Source: a bacterium
GTDB taxonomy: Bacteria > JADJOY01
Length of the DNA stretch: 43,332 bases
Direction of reading: 5' to 3'
NCBI GenBank assembly: GCA_046331705.1
Contig: JAXLQJ010000022.1
Span: forward strand, 62,001 to 105,332
Positions 8,600 through 18,107 of this stretch are shown piece by piece. The position numbers and the translations under genes are program-made. Under the pieces are notes generated by a model that was not told the DNA's origin, searched no databases, and worked only from the letters and a program-made list of their open reading frames with translations. Each line of letters starts with the position of its first letter. The stretch's first letter is position 1.

Positions 8600-10213
8600 T
8601 CAGTCGCCGACGGCACTCGACCAATCGCCCACGTTTCCCAGCTCGAAGTCGTCCCGGAAGATGCCGCGCAGCTCGGGAATCGCGACGACCGCCGTTCCGA
8701 AGAGATCGTTCGCCGCGGCCGCGCCTTCGATGCCGGAGTTGTTCTGGGTCCACTCGGTGCTGAAGCTGCCGGAACGCTGGGGATAGTGGATGGTCACCGC
8801 GCCCGCGTTGGCGTGACCTCCGGTGGGTTTCCCGGGGATGCCGATCGCGAGGTCGGCGCGGTTGTCGCAGTTGAAATCGCCCACCGCGAGCGACGAGCCG
8901 AGCGCTTCCTCGTTAACCGGCGCGCCGCCCAGGTTCCAGCCTTGGTGGAGTTCGTCCGAGTCGTTTCCGGTCACGCCGGAGGACGAGCCGAACAGCAGCT
9001 GCACCATGCCCAGGTGGCTGTAGCTGATCGAATCGATGGTCAAGCTCTCCCCGGGCACGCCGATCGCCAGGTCCGCGTACCCGTCGCGGTCGAAGTCGCC
9101 GGCGGCGACGCTTTCGCCGAAGCCGTCGCCGCTCTCGGGGGCGTCGAAGACTCCGAAGCCCGCCTGGTCCCAGCGCTGGGAACCGATCGTCGTCAATCCC
9201 GCAGGCGTGCCGTAGAGCACGTGAACCGCGCCCGCCGCGACCGGCGGGTCGAAGGCGTCGTCGCCGGGCGCGCCCACCGCGAGGTCGGCGTATCCGTCCG
9301 CGTCGAAGTCGCCGACCGTGAGCGCGCTGCCGAAGCGATGGTCGGCCTGGGTGGTCCCGCCGCTCAGATCTCCCTGCTCGATCATCTGCGTGCGGGCGGA
9401 GGCGAGCCCGCTCACGGTGCCGTAGAGCACGTGGATCGCGCCGGCGTCGGCCTGGTTGGATCCCGACGCGCTGAGGGTCTCGCCCGGCGCACCGATTGCG
9501 AGGTCGGCGTAGCCATCCGCGTCGAAGTCGCCGGCAGCGAGCGCGGCACCGAAAGCATCGCCGTCCTCGACGCTCCCCGGAATCCCCGCGGTCGCCTGAG
9601 ACCAGAGCTGGCTGCCGGTGGCGGTCAGGCCGAGCGGGGCTCCGACGATCACCTGCACCGCGCCGCCGGCTGCACCCGAGGTGTCGTCGAAGGGTGCGCC
9701 GATCGCGAGATCGTCGAGTCCGTCGCCGTCGAAGTCGCCGACCGCCAGCGCGTACCCGAACTGCTCCCCCGCGTTGGCGGTGCTCGCGATGCCGCTCGCA
9801 TTCTGGTGCCAGAACTGGCTGCCGGTGGCGATGAGGCCCGTCGACACGCCGTAGAGCACGTTCACCGCGCCCGCCGCGCTCGCCGTGCTGATCGCTTCTC
9901 CCGGCACGCCCACCGCCAGATCGGGCCAGCGATCGCCGTCGAAGTCGCCGCTCGCCAGTGCGGCACCGAAGGCGTCGCCCGCTTCACAGGCGCCCCCCAC
10001 GTCGGTCACATCCTGGTGCCAGAGCTGATCGCCCGTGGTGGTCAACCCGAGCTCGACACCGGAGAGCACGTTCACCGCGCCCGCGTTCGCCGCGCCTTCT
10101 CCGTCGCCCGGCGCGCCGATCGCCAGCGCAGCACACGTCCCCGCCGCGCGCGCGGCCCCGGGAGCCAACGTGACCAACATCACCATCCAGGCAAGGACTG
10201 GGCGTGAGCGCAT
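8600..10213 (-). CDS. Secreted FG-GAP (integrin alpha-like beta-propeller) repeat protein
   Basis: ATG 10213 after GGAGG (track ORF over-extends to 11656); signal MRSRPVLAWMVMLVTLAPGAARA; repeated FGxALAxGDFDGDGxxDLAIGAPG..AGAVxVLYG units; C-terminal IFRDDFELGNVGDWS. Confidence 0.9.
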   Translation of the reverse strand: MRSRPVLAWMVMLVTLAPGAARAAGTCAALAIGAPGDGEGAANAGAVNVLSGVELGLTTTGDQLWHQDVTDVGGACEAGDAFGAALASGDFDGDRWPDLAVGVPGEAISTASAAGAVNVLYGVSTGLIATGSQFWHQNASGIASTANAGEQFGYALAVGDFDGDGLDDLAIGAPFDDTSGAAGGAVQVIVGAPLGLTATGSQLWSQATAGIPGSVEDGDAFGAALAAGDFDADGYADLAIGAPGETLSASGSNQADAGAIHVLYGTVSGLASARTQMIEQGDLSGGTTQADHRFGSALTVGDFDADGYADLAVGAPGDDAFDPPVAAGAVHVLYGTPAGLTTIGSQRWDQAGFGVFDAPESGDGFGESVAAGDFDRDGYADLAIGVPGESLTIDSISYSHLGMVQLLFGSSSGVTGNDSDELHQGWNLGGAPVNEEALGSSLAVGDFNCDNRADLAIGIPGKPTGGHANAGAVTIHYPQRSGSFSTEWTQNNSGIEGAAAANDLFGTAVVAIPELRGIFRDDFELGNVGDWSSAVGD

Positions 10214-10576
10214 GCGTCCTCCGGCAAATCCGCGACGTATCCGGTCACGCCGCGGCGTCGCATGGCTCGCATGGAAGAGTCGTGCCAGCGCACGGAAGCG
10301 ATCGCGGCGGCTCCGGGTCGCGGCGCCGAGGTGCGCGAATTCCCGTCGCGGGATCGCGTTTTCCCCCTCCGCGCTTCCGATCGCGATCGGGAGCGCGCGG
10401 GGCGCAAGCCGCCCGGCGCGCGCGAATGGCCGTCGCTCGGTAACGCTCGGGTCCGCGCCGCGCAGGCGTCCGTTCCCAGCCACTCTCGCCTCATGGCGAC
10501 CCGGGGATACACTTCGCCGCTCACCCCACGGCCTCCCGCACCGCATCCCCGTCCTCGACTCGCGCTCTTCCTCTTC

Positions 10577-12052
10577 ATGAGCAAGCCGAACCTCGCGTCG
10601 CTCACCGTCCTCGCGTTGCTGCTCGTTGGCTTCGGCTGCGGCAGTGGCAGCGGCGATTCGTCCCGCGACCCTGGCCCGCTCGCGATGATCTCGCCTTCGC
10701 CGGACGGCTACGCCAACGACGAGCAGCCCACGCTGCGCTGGAACCCACTCGAAGGCGCCGCGCGCTATCGCGTCACGCTCTTCGCGGACCCGCGCCACAC
10801 GGCGACGATCGAGAGCGAGGAGGTCGACGGCACCGAGATGCGCACCAGCGCCGTGCTCTCCGATCGCTCGCTGGTGTACGCGCGCGTCGAGGCGCTCGAC
10901 GCGGGCGGGGCACCCCTCGCGCACCACGACTCGCGCTTCGCGGTGGTGGTGGTGCCCGATGGTTTTCCGCGCTTCGAGATCGTGGTGCGCGACGGCGCCC
11001 GCATCCAGCCGGGCTACACGTTGATGAACCTGCAGGATCCGGTGCCGCCGCAGCCCGAGGACCGGATCGCAGCGCTGGTGATGGTGAACGCGTTCGGCGA
11101 GATCGCGTGGTACCTGCAACGGCCCCGTGGGTACATGACCGATGCCCGCGTGCTCGCCAACGGCAACCTGCTCTACCTTTACGATGCCGACGAAGGCGCC
11201 GATCGCGGCGGCTTCGAGAGCACCTGGGACGGCACGATCGTGTGGCGCAGCCGCGAGGGTGCGATCCTCCACCACGAGATCGGCGTGGGTCCAGGCGGCA
11301 ACTACCTCTACCTCACCAGCCTGGTGCAACCGGTGGGTGGGATCTTGCCCTTCGAAGGCGACGGCATCGAGCTGGCGGATCCCGCGACCAACCAGGTGCT
11401 GTGGAGCTGGAGCTCGTTCGATCATCTCGATACCAACCGCGTCGATCCCGAGGACATCTTGCTGCCAGGTCTGAGCCTGATCGGACTCGACTGGACTCAC
11501 GGCAACGCGGTGGTGTGGGACGAGAAGCGCAGCATCATCTGGTACTCGGTGCGCAACTTCGATCAGATCCTCGCCATCGATTACCCATCGGGCGAGATCC
11601 GCGCGACGTTCGGCAAGGACGCGCTCGGCGGCGCCAGCCTGATGAATCACCAGCACGCACCGCAGATCGAGAAGGACGGCTCGGTGCTCTACTTCGACAA
11701 TCGTCCCGACAGCGATCCCAAATACTCACGGGTCGCCGCGTTCCAATGGAACGAGCGCACCGGCGACGTGACGCCGACTTTCGAGTGGCGCGACACGCCG
11801 GATTTCTTCGACGGCGTCGTGGGTGACGCCGATCGCCAGCCCAACGGCAACGTCCTCGTCACCTCCGGGACGGCGAACATCCTGCCCTACAAGACCGCGC
11901 GGCTCATGGAGATCACCGCGGGCGGCGAGCTGGTGTGGGACCTGCGCGTGACCGGCGGCTTCCGGCTCACGGGCTTTCGCTTCTATCGCGCCGAGCGGGT
12001 GCTGCCGCGAGAGATCCCCGCCGGAGTCCTGCCCTACGACGAGGCGCCATGA
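10577..12052 (+). CDS. Arylsulfotransferase (ASST)-like beta-propeller lipoprotein, copy 2
   Basis: MSKPNLASLTVLALLLVGFG-C lipobox at ATG 10577; colinear paralog of 3437-4876 (QPGYTLMNLQDPVPP, LHHEI, DWTHGNAV, YSVRN, NHQHAP, YRAER). Confidence 0.8.
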   Translation: MSKPNLASLTVLALLLVGFGCGSGSGDSSRDPGPLAMISPSPDGYANDEQPTLRWNPLEGAARYRVTLFADPRHTATIESEEVDGTEMRTSAVLSDRSLVYARVEALDAGGAPLAHHDSRFAVVVVPDGFPRFEIVVRDGARIQPGYTLMNLQDPVPPQPEDRIAALVMVNAFGEIAWYLQRPRGYMTDARVLANGNLLYLYDADEGADRGGFESTWDGTIVWRSREGAILHHEIGVGPGGNYLYLTSLVQPVGGILPFEGDGIELADPATNQVLWSWSSFDHLDTNRVDPEDILLPGLSLIGLDWTHGNAVVWDEKRSIIWYSVRNFDQILAIDYPSGEIRATFGKDALGGASLMNHQHAPQIEKDGSVLYFDNRPDSDPKYSRVAAFQWNERTGDVTPTFEWRDTPDFFDGVVGDADRQPNGNVLVTSGTANILPYKTARLMEITAGGELVWDLRVTGGFRLTGFRFYRAERVLPREIPAGVLPYDEAP

Positions 12053-12891
12053 GCGAAGCGCGCCGCGGCGACAGCCGGCGAGCCTCGAAGCTCCGCGAGA
12101 TCCGCGTCGGCGTGGCGGGCTGGGCGATCCCGAGCCCCGTCAAGGAGCGCTTCGGCGCCGAGGGGTCGGCGCTCGAGCGCTATGCCACCTCGCTCACCGC
12201 CGTCGAGATCAACACCACCTTCTACCGCATGCACGAGCCGGCGACGTTCGCCCGCTGGGCGGCGAGCGTCCCCAAGCACTTCCGCTTCGCGGTGAAGGTG
12301 GCGCGGGAGATCACGCACGTGCGCCGGCTCGCCGATTGCGACGAGCCGCTCGCCCGGTTCTTCGAGGGCGTGCGCGAGCTCGGCGGCAAGCTCGGCCCGA
12401 TCCTGCTCCAGCTCCCACCGAGCCTCGTCTACGACGACGGCGTGGCGCGCACGTTCTTCCACAAGCTCCGCGCCATCCACGACGGTGCCGTCGCGTGCGA
12501 GCCCCGACACGGAAGCTGGTTCTCGAGCGCCGCCGGCCGCGCGCTGGTGGAGCATCGAATCGCGCGCGTGGCCGCCGACCCGGCACCCACCACCGCGGGA
12601 AGCGAGCCGGGCGGGCACGATTCGCTCGCCTACTACCGCCTCCACGGCACGCCACAGATGTATCACTCGTCCTATCCGCGCCCGTTCCTGCGCGGCTTGG
12701 CGGAACGACTGCTCGCCGAGCGAAGCAACGCCGGGGTGTGGGTGATCTTCGACAACACCGCCGCCGGCGCCGCCGCGGCCAACGCGTTGGCGCTGGTGGC
12801 CAACCTCTCGCGCCCCGCGTCGCCACCGCGCTCGCCGCGGCCGCGGCGCGCCGCACCGAGCACACGCTCCCGCGACATCGACTCGGCGTGA
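12049..12891 (+). CDS. DUF72 (YecE-like) protein
   Basis: ATGA overlap with the upstream stop; VGVAGW, VEINTTFYR, FRFAVK..ITH, LLQLPPSL, EPRHGSW, YYRLHG, IFDN. Confidence 0.9.
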   Translation: MSEARRGDSRRASKLREIRVGVAGWAIPSPVKERFGAEGSALERYATSLTAVEINTTFYRMHEPATFARWAASVPKHFRFAVKVAREITHVRRLADCDEPLARFFEGVRELGGKLGPILLQLPPSLVYDDGVARTFFHKLRAIHDGAVACEPRHGSWFSSAAGRALVEHRIARVAADPAPTTAGSEPGGHDSLAYYRLHGTPQMYHSSYPRPFLRGLAERLLAERSNAGVWVIFDNTAAGAAAANALALVANLSRPASPPRSPRPRRAAPSTRSRDIDSA

Positions 12892-13065
12892 GCGCGCCGG
12901 GTGACGGCGCGGCTCGCGGCCCGAGCCGGGACGGCCGCGGGCATCGCGTGGGACCGTCGGCGCGGGGTGAGCGGATGCGCGCGTCGCCGTGCGTTTGCTA
13001 CTATCCCAGCGCGTTCGCCTTCCCGAACGTCACTCGCCCGCGACGCGACCTGCCCGGAGGCCTAC

Positions 13066-13278
13066 ATGAAGCTCGCTTGGCTCTTGCTCCCGCTCGCATT
13101 CCAGCTCCCGTCGCAGTGCCAGAGCGTGCTGCCGAAGAAGACGACGGGCCCGAAGCCGGTGCTCAAGTGCACCGCCGAGCGGCAGAAGTGCAAGTCGGTG
13201 ACCGGGCAGATCGGCGAGTGCGTGGTGGGGGGCGCGGATCAGTGCGAGAACCCGCCCTGCCTCATCTGCCAGTACTGA
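13066..13278 (+). CDS. Small exported Cys-rich protein (70 aa)
   Basis: GGAGG RBS, ATG 13066, hydrophobic leader MKLAWLLLPLAF, 7 Cys, coding-like third-position GC. Confidence 0.65.
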   Translation: MKLAWLLLPLAFQLPSQCQSVLPKKTTGPKPVLKCTAERQKCKSVTGQIGECVVGGADQCENPPCLICQY

Positions 13279-13402
13279 TCCTGGACGACGGCCGCAACCG
13301 CGGCACGCCGACTCGTCGGCCGTGAGTCGGCGCGAGCGGCGGGATGAGAGCGCGGCGCCGTGGCCCAGCCGAGACGACGCCGCGGCGATCGGCCGAACGT
13401 CG

Positions 13403-14926
13403 TCAGCGAAACACGCGGCGCGTGATCTCGCCCTTGGCGCCGTGGAAGAGGTTCACCAGGAAGCGGAGCTGGCGCTCGCTCGCCTTGGTGTACGGGAACC
13501 ACAGCGGCTCGCGCTTGGGCGTGAGCTTGCTGATCATCACCGCTTGCACGTTGCAGTACTGGACGTAGCCCTGCTCGGCGAACGCGCGTCCGATCCCCGA
13601 ATGCTTGATGCCGCCGAACGGTAGGCGGACGTTGAGCGCCTGGATCAACGCGTCGTTCACGGCGACGCCGCCGGTGCGGAAGCGCCGCACGATGCGCATC
13701 GCACGGGCGCCGTCGCGGGTCCACACCGAGCCGGCGAGACCGAAATCGGAGTCGTTGGCGAGCGTCAGCGCATGCTCGTCGTTGCGTGACTTGAGCACGG
13801 TGAGCAGCGGGCCGAAGGTCTCCTCGCGCACGGCGGGCATCTCTGGCGTGCAATCGGCCAGGATCGTGGGCTCGAACCACACGCCGGGGCGGTCGAGGCG
13901 CTTGCCGCCGGTGACGATCCGCGCGCCGAGCTTGGTGCTGGCCGCGATGTGGCGCTCGATCCGCTCGAGCTCCTGCTCCATCGTGAGCGCGCCCATCGCG
14001 CCGTCGGGACGCGCCGGACTGATCTTCTGCGCGCGCTCGGCGAGCATCTTCACCAGCGGCTCGTAGACCTTCTCGTCGGCGATCACACGCTTCACGGCGA
14101 TGCACGTCTGACCGGCGTTCAGGAAGGCGCCCCAGGTGATGCCGTTGGCCACGCGCTCGAGATCGGCGTCGTCGCACACGATCGCGGCGTCCTTGCCGCC
14201 CAGCTCGAGCACCACCGGCGTGAGGTGCTTGGCGGCGGCCTCCATCACGCGGCGCCCGGTGGGCGGAGCGCCGGTGAACGAGACCACGTCGACCCGCGCG
14301 TCGATGATCGCGGCTCCCACCGAGCCGTCGCCGATCACCACCTGGATCACGCCCTCGGGCACTCCCGCCGCGCGGCACAACTCTCCGATCAGGAGCCCCA
14401 CCCGCGGCGAGTGCTCGGACGGCTTGTGGACCACGGCGTTGCCGGCGGCGAGCGCCGGGATCACCTGGGCCATCGCCAGGAAGAACGGGTAATTCCAGGG
14501 CGAGATCACCGCCACGACGCCGGCGGGTCGATAGTAGATTCGGTTCGAACGCCCCGGGAACGGGCCCGTGCGGACCTTCTTGCCCTGCTCCAGCTCGAGG
14601 GCGAGCGCCGCGTAGTAGTTGCAGAAGTCCGCGACGCCGAGCACCACCGCGCGCGCCTCGAAGAGGCTCTTGCCGGTCTCGCGGCTATCGGTCGCGGCGA
14701 GCTCGTCCTGACGCTCGATCACCAGGTCGCGCAGCCGATGGAGCATCTTGGCGCGCGCCGCCGCGGGGGTCTCGCCCCAGTTGAGCTGCGCCTGCCGCGC
14801 GCGCGCCACCATCGCCCGCACGTCCTCGGGCGAATGGGCGGCGAGCGACTCCAAGGCCTCGCCGGTGGCCGGGTTGTAGGAAGGGATCGAGCCGGGGCTT
14901 CGGGCCGCGTTCTTCGGGATCGCCAT
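13403..14926 (-). CDS. NAD(P)-dependent aldehyde dehydrogenase (resembles diapolycopene-dialdehyde dehydrogenase-like subgroup)
   Basis: ISPWNYP, KPSE, LELGGKD, NAGQTC (catalytic Cys), EETFGP, PFGGIKHSG; C-terminal WFPY. Confidence 0.93.
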   Translation of the reverse strand: MAIPKNAARSPGSIPSYNPATGEALESLAAHSPEDVRAMVARARQAQLNWGETPAAARAKMLHRLRDLVIERQDELAATDSRETGKSLFEARAVVLGVADFCNYYAALALELEQGKKVRTGPFPGRSNRIYYRPAGVVAVISPWNYPFFLAMAQVIPALAAGNAVVHKPSEHSPRVGLLIGELCRAAGVPEGVIQVVIGDGSVGAAIIDARVDVVSFTGAPPTGRRVMEAAAKHLTPVVLELGGKDAAIVCDDADLERVANGITWGAFLNAGQTCIAVKRVIADEKVYEPLVKMLAERAQKISPARPDGAMGALTMEQELERIERHIAASTKLGARIVTGGKRLDRPGVWFEPTILADCTPEMPAVREETFGPLLTVLKSRNDEHALTLANDSDFGLAGSVWTRDGARAMRIVRRFRTGGVAVNDALIQALNVRLPFGGIKHSGIGRAFAEQGYVQYCNVQAVMISKLTPKREPLWFPYTKASERQLRFLVNLFHGAKGEITRRVFR

Positions 14927-15212
14927 GGTGCGTCGACTGAACCCCAGCGGCCGTCACCGCGTCAAGGACACGGGGCCGAGCGACCGGCTCGACGACACGA
15001 TCACTCGAGGTGCCGGAGCCGAGATCACGATCGTCGACGGCCAGTCCCTCGACCGCGTGTTTCACGTGCACACGCACCCGACCGGCGACGTGGAGATCCG
15101 GATCCTGACGATCGGCAAACGGTAGCCCCGCGGGCCGCTCCGACCAGATTGGCTGGGTCGACCCGAACGGCGAGGTCCTCGAAGCGAGCGCGGGTACTGA
15201 CGTGGAGGTGAA

Positions 15213-17132
15213 TCACCTCGCCACGTTCACGAACACCACCGGGCGCGTGAGCCCGCGACGCTCGTCGTGAGTCGCGCCCGGCGCGATCGCGCCAGCGCTC
15301 GCGGCGATGCCGCGGCCCACCTTGAGGGCCACCGCGATGATCGTGAGCGTGGGGTTCCAGCCCGAGCTGGTGGGCAGCAGGCTGCCGTCGGCGGCCCACA
15401 GATTGTCGAGGTCGTGGAAGCGGCCGCTCGCGTCGGTGACCGATATCGCGGGGTCGAGCCCCATGCGCAGCGTCCCGAGGACGTGACGGGTGCGCGGCGG
15501 TCCGGCCAGCGCCGGCTGACACGGCTCGGGAAACGCGTAGGCGCTCTGGCCCGCGAACGAAAGCTCGCGCACACCGGTGTTGCGGACGATCGCGGCCATG
15601 ATCGGCATGTAGAAGGCGCGCGCGCCGAGCTCGAAAGGATGGTGTCGGTAGGTGATCCGCGCCGCCGGGCGGCCGTGGACGTCGCGCAGACTGGGATCGA
15701 GGTCGATGCGGTTCGCGAGCTGCGGCGCGTCCTCGCCGTAGAGCTCGAGGCCGATCAGATGCTGGCCGAGGGGCTGATCGCGCATCGCGTTCTTGAGCGC
15801 CAGGCCGTAGCGCGCGCCGAGCGGGCCGGGGAGAGCGCGGGTGTAGACGAGCCCGTCGTTGGTGATCGGCAGACCGCCCGCCACCGTGAACGTGCAGGTG
15901 CCACCCAGCACCACCCGCGGGTCGGTGCCGTCGCGAAACACGCGCGGCGTGGCGCCGCCCGGCTCGACGCCGCGCAGATCGCTGACTCCATGGGTGTTGG
16001 TGCGGCCGCGCTCGCCATGGGTGCGCTCCGGCAGGAAGCCCTGCACGCGGTGAATCATGTGGAACATCAGGTTGCGGCCGAGCTGGCCGCTCGCGTTGCC
16101 GAGCCCGGGACCACCGGGATCCGAGAGCAAGCACAGGCGCGGCGACTCGATGCCGTTGGCCGCGAGCACGTAGCGATCGGCACGCGCCGTTTGCGCGCGT
16201 CCTGCGGGATCTACGTAAACCACGCCGGTGACGGAGCGACCGCTCCAGGTGAGCCTGCGCACCGGCGATTGGTAGCGGAGCTGGCAGCGTCCGCTGAGCA
16301 ACGCGCGCCGCAACACCGTGACCGCTGGGGAGCCCTTGGCGTGGTTCGGGCAGCCGAAGCCGCTGCAGAAGCCGCAATCGATGCACGGCGGGCGGCCGTC
16401 GTAGGGCCGCGAGTTGGTGGCGAGCGGAAAGACGTGGGGCGTGAGCGGCGAGCCGTCGAGGAGCGTGCGGCGCGCGCCTTCCGCGAGGAGCAGGTTGGAG
16501 TACATGGGCACACCCGGCGGCATCGGGTGCGGCGCGCTGCGCCACGACTCGAACGGATTTCCAGCCGCGCCCTGCACGCCGTAGAGGCGCTCGGCGTCGG
16601 TGTAGAAGGGCTCGAGGTCGGCGTAGCGAAACGGCCAATCGGCGAAGTTGGCGCTCGCCGCGTCGGCGCCGAAGCCGGGCACGGCGAGCCCCGGTTGCGC
16701 GTCGCGCGCGCGGCGCATCGCGGTGACCAGCTCGAAGTCGATCTCCGTGAACCGCGGCGCGGCGCACGCACCCGAGAACTGGAACGCGCCGCCGACCGCT
16801 TTCGGCAGCACGTTCACGTCGTCGGTCGGAACGGCGGCGTGGTGCTCGTCGGTACGAAACGAGCGCGGCTCGAGGAACGACTGCACCTCGAGGTAGTCGC
16901 GCAGCGCGTACTTGAGCTCGTCGTTCGAGTGGAGCGGCGGCGGCAGCTCGCCGGGATCGTCGAGGCCCGGGAACGGATTGTCGCCTGCCTCCAGGATCAG
17001 CACCGCGAGCCCCGCGCTCGTGAGCGCGTGGGCGACGGTGGCGCCGCCGGCACCGCTGCCGACGATGCACGCGTCGAAGCGCTCCAAGGCGCGATTGCCG
17101 AGCATGCAATCGTTGGCCGCGCGGGTGCTCAC
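15213..17132 (-). CDS. GMC-family flavoprotein oxidoreductase (gluconate 2-dehydrogenase flavoprotein-like)
   Basis: IVGSGAGGA FAD motif, KAVGG, CIDCGFCSGFGC Fe-S-like Cys cluster, GRNLMFH, HVLGTLRMG, NPTLTIIA. Confidence 0.9.
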   Translation of the reverse strand: MSTRAANDCMLGNRALERFDACIVGSGAGGATVAHALTSAGLAVLILEAGDNPFPGLDDPGELPPPLHSNDELKYALRDYLEVQSFLEPRSFRTDEHHAAVPTDDVNVLPKAVGGAFQFSGACAAPRFTEIDFELVTAMRRARDAQPGLAVPGFGADAASANFADWPFRYADLEPFYTDAERLYGVQGAAGNPFESWRSAPHPMPPGVPMYSNLLLAEGARRTLLDGSPLTPHVFPLATNSRPYDGRPPCIDCGFCSGFGCPNHAKGSPAVTVLRRALLSGRCQLRYQSPVRRLTWSGRSVTGVVYVDPAGRAQTARADRYVLAANGIESPRLCLLSDPGGPGLGNASGQLGRNLMFHMIHRVQGFLPERTHGERGRTNTHGVSDLRGVEPGGATPRVFRDGTDPRVVLGGTCTFTVAGGLPITNDGLVYTRALPGPLGARYGLALKNAMRDQPLGQHLIGLELYGEDAPQLANRIDLDPSLRDVHGRPAARITYRHHPFELGARAFYMPIMAAIVRNTGVRELSFAGQSAYAFPEPCQPALAGPPRTRHVLGTLRMGLDPAISVTDASGRFHDLDNLWAADGSLLPTSSGWNPTLTIIAVALKVGRGIAASAGAIAPGATHDERRGLTRPVVFVNVAR

Positions 17133-17141
17133 GACAACCGC

Positions 17142-18107
17142 TCAGAATCCGTCGCAGCGATTGCCGACGAGATTCGAGACCAGCACGATCGAACGCTGGA
17201 TGCGTTCGGCGTCGGCGCCGAGCGGGCGCGGCACGACGACGCCGTGCGCGTCGATCTCGTCCGGATTCGGCGTGGACATGGGGCGGTCCGGCCGCTCGAG
17301 GTACTCGCCACGGTCGGCTGCATAGATCGAATAGCCGAGCGGATGAACGTCGCCGTCGAGCCCGAGCATCCGCCAACCCTCGCGGCCGCGATTGCCGCCG
17401 TACTCAGGCGCTGCGAAACAGCCTTCGAGCGTGTGCTGGATGACGAGATCCAGAAACGTAGCGCCGCGGCGCGGCTCGGGCGAGAAGGCCGCGTCGAGCA
17501 CGGGAAGCAACGCGTCGCGCGCATCCGCGTCGAGCGCCGCGAAGGGCTGGTTCGCTTCCGCGCGCGAGCGCTCGTCCACGCGAGCGAGACCGTCGCGGTA
17601 GAGCTCGCGCAGGCCGCGCCGAGGGCCGAGAAGCGCGTCGTTGAAGTCGGCGCCGGGTGTCGCGCTGGTGCCGTAGAGCTCCGCTCGCCAGCGCAGCTCC
17701 TGGAGACGATCGAGCGGCAGGAAGCGAGCGAAGTCGTCAGGCGGGAAGTCGCCGGTGGGAGCGCCGGTTGCGGGATCGGGAAGCGGCTGGCGACCGCTCA
17801 CCGGACCGCCCGCGTAGATCCGCGGCGGATCGGCGCCCTCGAACGCGGTGAGCAGACGCTCGATGTAGCTCACCGCGCCGAGCGCGAGCGCGCCCGGATC
17901 GTGATCCGCCGGGAAGATGCGATCGACGAGGGCTTCGAGCGTCGCGCGCTCGGTGGCGTCGAAGAACCGCGGCGTGCCGCCGTTAGCGGTGGCACAGCCG
18001 CCGAGCACCAACGGCGGAAGCGGGAGCGCGAGCGACGCCGCTCCTCCACCCACCAGCCCGAGGAAGCGCCGCCGGCGCAGCAGCGGCGGCTCGATCGGCG
18101 AGCTCAA
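17142..18107 (-). CDS. Gluconate 2-dehydrogenase subunit 3-like Tat-exported partner
   Basis: RRRFLG twin-arginine motif, LGG-C possible lipobox, TLEALVDRIFP..PGA, TLEGCFAAPEYGGN..GW; directly upstream of the GMC gene. Confidence 0.85.
   Translation of the reverse strand: MSSPIEPPLLRRRRFLGLVGGGAASLALPLPPLVLGGCATANGGTPRFFDATERATLEALVDRIFPADHDPGALALGAVSYIERLLTAFEGADPPRIYAGGPVSGRQPLPDPATGAPTGDFPPDDFARFLPLDRLQELRWRAELYGTSATPGADFNDALLGPRRGLRELYRDGLARVDERSRAEANQPFAALDADARDALLPVLDAAFSPEPRRGATFLDLVIQHTLEGCFAAPEYGGNRGREGWRMLGLDGDVHPLGYSIYAADRGEYLERPDRPMSTPNPDEIDAHGVVVPRPLGADAERIQRSIVLVSNLVGNRCDGF

Noticed and set aside
8700-10130. Recurrent GTCGAAGTCGCC-like DNA repeats as a CRISPR or mobile repeat
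   Set aside because: They encode the GDFD motif of FG-GAP repeats; degenerate and in frame.
10370-10397. Near-perfect 28-bp palindrome in the divergent intergenic region
   Set aside because: Built on CGATCG/GCGC words that are very common in this sequence; no independent support as an operator.
10214-11656. N-terminal extensions of the FG-GAP ORF (to 11656) and ASST-2 ORF (from 10262)
   Set aside because: They overlap each other on opposite strands; signal peptides place the starts at 10213 and 10577.
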